Assembly (NCBI GenBank): GCA_043799385.1
Contig: JAZDNV010000022.1
Span: forward strand, 1 to 11,776
DNA length: 11,776 nucleotides
Direction: 5' to 3'
Source: Candidatus Aenigmatarchaeota archaeon
GTDB lineage: Archaea; Aenigmatarchaeota; Aenigmatarchaeia; GW2011-AR5
Both the position numbers and the translations under genes were made by a program. The notes under the pieces were generated by a model. The model was not told the origin of the DNA and ran no database searches. It was given only the letters and a program-made list of their open reading frames with translations. Positions 7,138-11,776 of this stretch are shown in pieces (position 1 is the first letter of the stretch; each line of letters opens with the position of its first letter).

Positions 7138-7556
7138 ATTCCTACCGCATACAACGCCAACCGTGGATAACCCAATAGCGGCGATGCGAGAACGACCTTG
7201 CCGACCAGCTTTTCCTTGGTTATGTTGTGCTCGCATGACAGCTGCCTGACGTTGTTGTCGCCCTTTGTCTCGTAACTGCCGTCATCGTTTATCTTGATTA
7301 TCCTGTGTATAATCGGGCCCTTCTGCCTGCACTCGATGCCATCAAAACCGTCAAACAATATTATATCTCCCGCTTTCAAATTCTGCGGAGCAACAACGAC
7401 GACCAGATCGCCGACGTTCAGTATGGGCTCCATCGATTCTGAAACGACTGAAGTGATGGGCATCCGTGTTCCGAATGCAAAGCCTAATCCCTGCAGAAAT
7501 ATCCATGCCACGACGAAGGCTACTATAATCTCGACAATATCCTTTGCGAGCTTCAT
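7134..7556 (-). CDS. sec11: Signal peptidase I, archaeal/ER (Sec11/SPC18-like, S26B) type
   Basis: N-terminal [10 protein letters not shown] (catalytic Ser), GD, IIHRI (His), TKGDNN motifs. Confidence 0.92.
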   Translation of the reverse strand: MKLAKDIVEIIVAFVVAWIFLQGLGFAFGTRMPITSVVSESMEPILNVGDLVVVVAPQNLKAGDIILFDGFDGIECRQKGPIIHRIIKINDDGSYETKGDNNVRQLSCEHNITKEKLVGKVVLASPLLGYPRLALYAVGI

Positions 7557-7592
7557 GATTGTTATTTTGGGATTAAGGATTTAAATCATACC

Positions 7593-7677
7593 AGCTTTGC
7601 ACAAAAAGTGATACGCGCAATCCCATCGACGTTAGGCTATCGTCGCAAAGACGATAGCCTGATTTTTGTGCAAAGCT
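7593..7677. mobile_element. 85-bp MITE-like or structured palindromic element
   Basis: Perfect 15-bp terminal inverted repeats AGCTTTGCACAAAAA (7593-7607) / TTTTTGTGCAAAGCT (7663-7677); inner 11-bp perfect hairpin 7634-7644/7650-7660; flanks AATCATACC / AATCATGCC. The structure is directly visible; mobility is an inference. Confidence 0.55.
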
Positions 7678-7679
7678 AA

Positions 7680-8240
7680 TCATGCCCGGCCTCTGGACTC
7701 GCCGCTCAACCCTGATGCTATTAGATGCGCAACGCGTATCGGCTCGGGCACGTTTGAGCGGACGCACGTTACTTTCATCAATTCTTCGCATTCGTCATTG
7801 CTCAATCCAGCTTTCTGGTAGTAGATTTTGCCGGAGCTTGATATTTTTCCGGCGTTGCTAACTACGTTCAGCCTTTTTTTATAATCAGAAAATATCTTTA
7901 GCGCTTCCTTGAATTTTTTCATGTCAGGTTTCTTTCGCTGGATGACTATCACTGGTAGTTTTGTTTTTTTATGAAGTTTTTTTATGTCCACGAGATTGAA
8001 CCCTGCAAACGTTATCCCGTCGAGCATTATATACGACAACTGGTCATAGTGCCTGCTCTTTAAGATGCTAGCCGCAATCTTTTCCGTTGCATCTGTTCCG
8101 TCCTTTTTTATTCGAGTAGAAAGCAGACCGTCAAGGAATTTTCCGCCTCTGAAGATTGCGCCAACTATCAATACGTTTTTCTGCTTGAATCGGAAAGCGC
8201 AGTCGTCCCATGCAATTACGCGGATTTCGTCTTTAATCAC
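7680..8240 (-). CDS. DUF99 / UPF0215 family protein (endonuclease V-like fold)
   Basis: IRVIAWDD, VGAIFRGG, DGTDATEKI, MLDGITFAGFNLVDI, PEPIRVAHLIASG...GESRGRA motifs. Confidence 0.9.
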   Translation of the reverse strand: MIKDEIRVIAWDDCAFRFKQKNVLIVGAIFRGGKFLDGLLSTRIKKDGTDATEKIAASILKSRHYDQLSYIMLDGITFAGFNLVDIKKLHKKTKLPVIVIQRKKPDMKKFKEALKIFSDYKKRLNVVSNAGKISSSGKIYYQKAGLSNDECEELMKVTCVRSNVPEPIRVAHLIASGLSGESRGRA

Positions 8241-8264
8241 AAAAGAAATTGATGAGGAGATTTT

Positions 8265-9335
8265 TTAAGCGCGATAGTGCATCAATCTGTCGCCTATGCT
8301 TGGTTTCGGTTTGAAAAACTCCTCTATCGAACTGAAGTATTCTGGATGTTTCTCATATAAATCCGCTAATGTTTTTCCAATTCTTTCTTGTCCGTCCTTG
8401 TATGGCAGAAATCCCATCGGAGACCTCATTCTAGGTGATTCTGTCATGCCAAGCAAGTAAGCAGCAAAATTAACAGCCTCGGGATTCCTGAAGGTATCAT
8501 CTTTTACTAATAATTTCCTCTTACCAATTGATGCATAGTATTCAGGAATCGGGATTCCTACTATCTTGTTCAAACCAATTAGACTATCATCAATTTTCTT
8601 TGCTTCACTGTGTCTGCCATCTAATGCAAGTTCTGCCAACTTTGCATACACGCGGGGAAACATATTTGCCCAGACAGAAATTGCGCCAACGCCTTCTATC
8701 TCTGGGTCTGACATCATCCTGTACGTGTTCGGGTCGTCGCCTGATATCAACTTGAAGGCATGTTTGTTGAGACCATTTTTTCTAGCTTCCGCTCTTATCG
8801 CCTTCCAGAAGCTTGTCTCATCGTCGGTAGGTTTTGCCTTGCCTCCTGTCGAGTCTTTATTCCCTATTATATTGGGATATTCCATTGCAAGAGCGATCAT
8901 TATGTCAGGCTTTATAATCGGGTGTCCTCTCCCTGGGATGTTATAGATGATTACTTTGCATTCCGGAGCAGCCTCAGCGACTTTAGAGAAGTAATCGGCA
9001 AATCCCTGTTGGGAAGGGCAGTTGTAATAACCTGTTACGTGCAATGTCGCATATGCGCCCATGTCAGCTGCATGTTTTGTAGCATCCACACCCTCGTCAG
9101 GATTATTAGAACCGGCACCAGCAATTACAGGTACTTTTCCATTGGCTATTTTGATGGTTTCAGAAATATATCCTTTATGTTCTTCCCAATCTAAGGTAGG
9201 GCTTTGCCCTGTCGTGCCGCAAGGCACTAACCCGTGAATGCCGTAAGCGACTTGATATTCAACCAATTTTATAAAATCTTTAAAATTATCCGGTCTTATC
9301 AATGCGGTCATTGCGCCTTCGCATTTCTCAACCAT
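8265..9335 (-). CDS. dapA: DHDPS/DapA-family class I aldolase, probably 4-hydroxy-tetrahydrodipicolinate synthase, elongated
   Basis: GTTGQSPTL, PVIAGAGSN, GYYN, YNIPGR (catalytic Tyr, Arg), GNKDSTG (Schiff-base Lys), SGDD, GAISVWAN; 356 aa. Confidence 0.8.
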   Translation of the reverse strand: MVEKCEGAMTALIRPDNFKDFIKLVEYQVAYGIHGLVPCGTTGQSPTLDWEEHKGYISETIKIANGKVPVIAGAGSNNPDEGVDATKHAADMGAYATLHVTGYYNCPSQQGFADYFSKVAEAAPECKVIIYNIPGRGHPIIKPDIMIALAMEYPNIIGNKDSTGGKAKPTDDETSFWKAIRAEARKNGLNKHAFKLISGDDPNTYRMMSDPEIEGVGAISVWANMFPRVYAKLAELALDGRHSEAKKIDDSLIGLNKIVGIPIPEYYASIGKRKLLVKDDTFRNPEAVNFAAYLLGMTESPRMRSPMGFLPYKDGQERIGKTLADLYEKHPEYFSSIEEFFKPKPSIGDRLMHYRA

Positions 9336-9435
9336 AACCTTCTATTGAACTTAATTTTTTTAAAACTGAACAGGCATTGCGGAAGGATTACGAATCAATT
9401 ACGAAAGTAATATATACGGGTGAAATAATAGTATT

Positions 9436-9843
9436 ATGGCATACCGCTATTACGGACTGCATCCATGGAGCTATCTTTTGTTAGGGATAATATCCATACC
9501 ATTGATATTGATTATATTCTCGCTCTATTTCTCGACGGTCATTTTGATTTCATGGCTGGTCGGGATATCGCACGGCATCGCAGTGAACGAAGTATGGTTC
9601 TCTTTCATGGATAAAAACTTCGGCGCGTGGAAGAAATCAATCTTGAGGCGCGAGTATCACAAGCTATTCAGGAGGATGGAACCTTTACTAATCTCCTATT
9701 TTCTCGTTGCAGTAACCGCCTATTTGATATTTTTTGAATTCGGCCTTTTGCCTTACGTATGCATAATACTCGGGATATGTTTGACGGGATTATTTTATTA
9801 CAGGGAGCAGGGTGAATTCTACAGAAAGCTTATGAAGAAATAA
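9436..9843 (+). CDS. Hypothetical four-TM membrane protein
   Basis: 135-aa ORF with four hydrophobic segments; TATATA at 9411-9416 upstream. Confidence 0.7.
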   Translation: MAYRYYGLHPWSYLLLGIISIPLILIIFSLYFSTVILISWLVGISHGIAVNEVWFSFMDKNFGAWKKSILRREYHKLFRRMEPLLISYFLVAVTAYLIFFEFGLLPYVCIILGICLTGLFYYREQGEFYRKLMKK

Positions 9844-10062
9844 TCAAAGCGTCAGAAGATAGACAAGAACCAAAGCTAATGCTGCAAACCAATAGATTGT
9901 CCAGAAAATCTCGTATCTTCTTCTCTTTCCGATGAGAAACGTCGGCCAGTAATATTTTATCTTTTGTGCCCTCTTTAAACCCAAGACGAATCTAAGCAGA
10001 TGCAGCGAAAAATCATAGAAAATCATTATACCAATAGCATAAAGGATGATGTCCAATGCCAT
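9844..10062 (-). CDS. Small two-TM membrane protein
   Basis: 72 aa, hydrophobic termini with a basic/aromatic loop; starts immediately after the rpoL stop, so likely co-transcribed. Confidence 0.7.
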   Translation of the reverse strand: MALDIILYAIGIMIFYDFSLHLLRFVLGLKRAQKIKYYWPTFLIGKRRRYEIFWTIYWFAALALVLVYLLTL

Positions 10063-10063
10063 A

Positions 10064-10324
10064 TTATTTGATTGCCTTTTCGACTTCTTTCCTTAACTCG
10101 CGGACGTACGTCACTATCTTGCCAGACGAATTAATTAACGACTTCTTGGGGTCCTTGCTCTTCACGAGCAGCACAGGCTTCGACAGGTACGGATGCGCGA
10201 CTGCATAAGAGGAAAGCTCGACTTTTCTCTCCCACAATTTTTCATTCAATAGATTGACCAACGTCAGGTCGTCTAATTCTATCTTTAGCTTGTTTTTATC
10301 CTTTTCAAGAACTTTTACTTCCAT
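10064..10324 (-). CDS. rpoL: DNA-directed RNA polymerase subunit L (Rpo11)
   Basis: MEVKVLEKDKNKLKIEL..TLVNLLNEKLW...YAVAHPYLSKPVLLVKS..PKKSL pattern and size; divergent at the usual GEDHT motif (here DDLT). Confidence 0.85.
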   Translation of the reverse strand: MEVKVLEKDKNKLKIELDDLTLVNLLNEKLWERKVELSSYAVAHPYLSKPVLLVKSKDPKKSLINSSGKIVTYVRELRKEVEKAIK

Positions 10325-11184
10325 ATCTCATCAACATCTTCAGCATTCAGAACATTCATCGCATCGAATAACCTTGGGCACGCAGTGTTTATAAACATAT
10401 CTGCTTTTATTCCAAGAAGCTTTTCATCCGTTATCTCATCCATAATTAGTATGAAAGCCTTTTTATCCCTTTTTTCCAAGCATTTTTTAATCGCTTCTGC
10501 TTTTTTCAAATCGAACTGGCCCTGCTTCGTTGAAACGAGTATTGCGAATATCGCTGCGTCCTTTGCCTTGAATATCCTCGCATAACGCTTCTTTTCGAAA
10601 AGCATGTTATCCACTGACTCGATTTTTTTCTTCTCAACGTCAAGGCAATAGACTTTTCCTTTTACGCCAAGTGCATGGAATCGCCCTGAACCGATGAAAA
10701 GAAACGCATCTACTTTGCTTTTGATTTTTTCCGCGTTTTGTGTCCAGCAGCCTAGAACGTGACCGCCGACGACTGCTTTCTTTCCTATTTTTTCTAATTT
10801 TTTTGCAACTTCTTTTATTGACTCCATGTGCTGCACGGTTGTCAGCAAACCGATTCTTTTTTCCTTTATTGCAGAAAAATCAACGCCGCTGATATCTCCT
10901 GCAATCGCCCATGGGTAATAAAGCACTGGAATTTTGGTTTTTATTTTCTTGTAGAATTTTATATGGCCAACGTGAACGAGCATGTCGCATTTTGCTTTTC
11001 TCGCTTCATCGTCACGCAAATCGCAGGCGCCGTAGCACGGCTCGCCTGACACTATGACAGCTATTCCGCTCTTTTCCAGTTCATTTGCTATTTCCAGCGC
11101 TTTCATCCTCAAGCCGTCCGGTAATTGAAGTAGAATTTTTTTCGGCTTCCTTGACTTGACTGCTTTTACCAGATTACTAATCAT
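10315..11184 (-). CDS. dph2: Diphthamide biosynthesis enzyme Dph2 (2-(3-amino-3-carboxypropyl)histidine synthase)
   Basis: LLQLPDGL, PCYGACDL, HVGH, TTVQH, VLGC, STKQGQ, NTACPR, with the three Fe-S Cys motifs present. ATG 11184 preferred over TTG 11190. Confidence 0.93.
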   Translation of the reverse strand: MISNLVKAVKSRKPKKILLQLPDGLRMKALEIANELEKSGIAVIVSGEPCYGACDLRDDEARKAKCDMLVHVGHIKFYKKIKTKIPVLYYPWAIAGDISGVDFSAIKEKRIGLLTTVQHMESIKEVAKKLEKIGKKAVVGGHVLGCWTQNAEKIKSKVDAFLFIGSGRFHALGVKGKVYCLDVEKKKIESVDNMLFEKKRYARIFKAKDAAIFAILVSTKQGQFDLKKAEAIKKCLEKRDKKAFILIMDEITDEKLLGIKADMFINTACPRLFDAMNVLNAEDVDEIWK

Positions 11185-11206
11185 AACCAAAATTAACGGA
11201 CAACTG

Positions 11207-11214
11207 ATTTAAAA
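11207..11214. promoter_or_regulatory. Putative shared bidirectional TATA box for dph2 and the ABC ATPase gene
   Basis: TTTAAA at 11208-11213 is the exact centre of the 52-bp gap between ATG 11184 (-) and ATG 11237 (+). Confidence 0.6.
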
Positions 11215-11236
11215 CTTTTACAACAAGAGTTTTAGC

Positions 11237-11776
11237 ATGGACATCATAAAGCTCGAGGATGTTGCAAAAACCTACCAGATGGGAGACGTTAAGTTACGTA
11301 TTCTGAAGGATATTGACCTATGCGTAAAAAAAGGTGAATTTGTGGCGATAATGGGGCCTTCCGGTTCTGGAAAATCGACGATACTTCATATCGCTGGTTG
11401 TTTGGATCGTCCTACAAAAGGAAGGGTTATAATTGACGGAGAGGACGTTTCAAAGCTGAGCGACAACGAATTAGCCGATGTTCGTGGGGACAAAATCGGG
11501 TTTATCTTCCAGTTCTTTTATTTGCTCCCTTCGCTGACAACGTACAAAAATGTCTTGCTCCCGATGATTTTTCGCGGAAGGACCGATGAAAAACGTGCAG
11601 ATATGCTCCTTGACATAGTCGGTCTGAAGGAGAGGAAGAGTCATCGTCCCTCCCAATTGTCAGGCGGCGAGATGCAGCGAGTAGCGATTGCCCGTGCATT
11701 GGCAAATAATCCTAAAATAATACTTGCGGACGAGCCGACTGGTAACCTTGATTCTAAAACAGGGCAGGAAATCATA
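11237..11776 (+). CDS. ABC transporter ATP-binding protein, LolD/MacB/SalX-like (3'-truncated; absent from the ORF track)
   Basis: [16 protein letters not shown]...[16 protein letters not shown] (Walker A), [25 protein letters not shown] (signature), [16 protein letters not shown] (Walker B); runs off the window end. Confidence 0.95.
   Translation, partial: MDIIKLEDVAKTYQMGDVKLRILKDIDLCVKKGEFVAIMGPSGSGKSTILHIAGCLDRPTKGRVIIDGEDVSKLSDNELADVRGDKIGFIFQFFYLLPSLTTYKNVLLPMIFRGRTDEKRADMLLDIVGLKERKSHRPSQLSGGEMQRVAIARALANNPKIILADEPTGNLDSKTGQEII

Noticed and set aside
7593..7677. tRNA or C/D-box sRNA
   Set aside because: No TTCRA T-loop or cloverleaf. GTGATAC (7608-7614) and CTGA (7659-7662) loosely resemble boxes C and D, but box C has two mismatches and the CTGA overlaps the inner hairpin; kept only as a weak alternative.
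4854..9194. Multiple 60-144-aa ORFs antisense to argH, argG, sec11, DUF99 and dapA (including 7573-7791)
   Set aside because: They overlap well-supported genes or the palindromic element and show no recognisable motifs or start signals.
11471..11705. Two short minus-strand ORFs
   Set aside because: Antisense to the clear ABC ATPase reading frame that starts at 11237.

Overview
Gene-dense archaeal chromosomal window. Rpo11/RpoL, TFS, Dph2, Sec11-type signal peptidase, DUF99, TATA boxes about 25 bp before start codons and GGTGA Shine-Dalgarno motifs make the domain clear. The compact layout, short lipoproteins and Cys-rich surface motifs suggest a DPANN-type archaeon (inference). A minus-strand housekeeping backbone (dph2-rpoL ... 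DUF99-sec11 ... tfs) is interleaved with accessory blocks: (i) small membrane, lipoprotein and zinc-finger genes at 1-2442, (ii) an amino-acid block at about 3030-7137 with two convergent AbrB/SpoVT-ACT fusion paralogs, an Lrp/AsnC regulator, argH and argG, and (iii) an elongated dapA-like gene plus two small membrane genes. A partial LolD/MacB-type ABC ATPase ends the window. Main observations beyond the ORF track: a 15-bp palindromic operator-like motif (TGGAAAAATWWTYCA) present twice at the AbrB-ACT/lrp divergent promoter and once between argH and argG, suggesting a regulon; a probable ATC start for one AbrB-ACT gene; an 85-bp element with perfect 15-bp terminal inverted repeats, an inner hairpin and a 9-bp TSD-like flank; a 31-aa CxxC-CxxC microprotein; a helically phased 21-bp tandem repeat in a divergent promoter; and a single TTTAAA exactly centred between two divergent ATGs. 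All calls come from reading the sequence; no searches were run.
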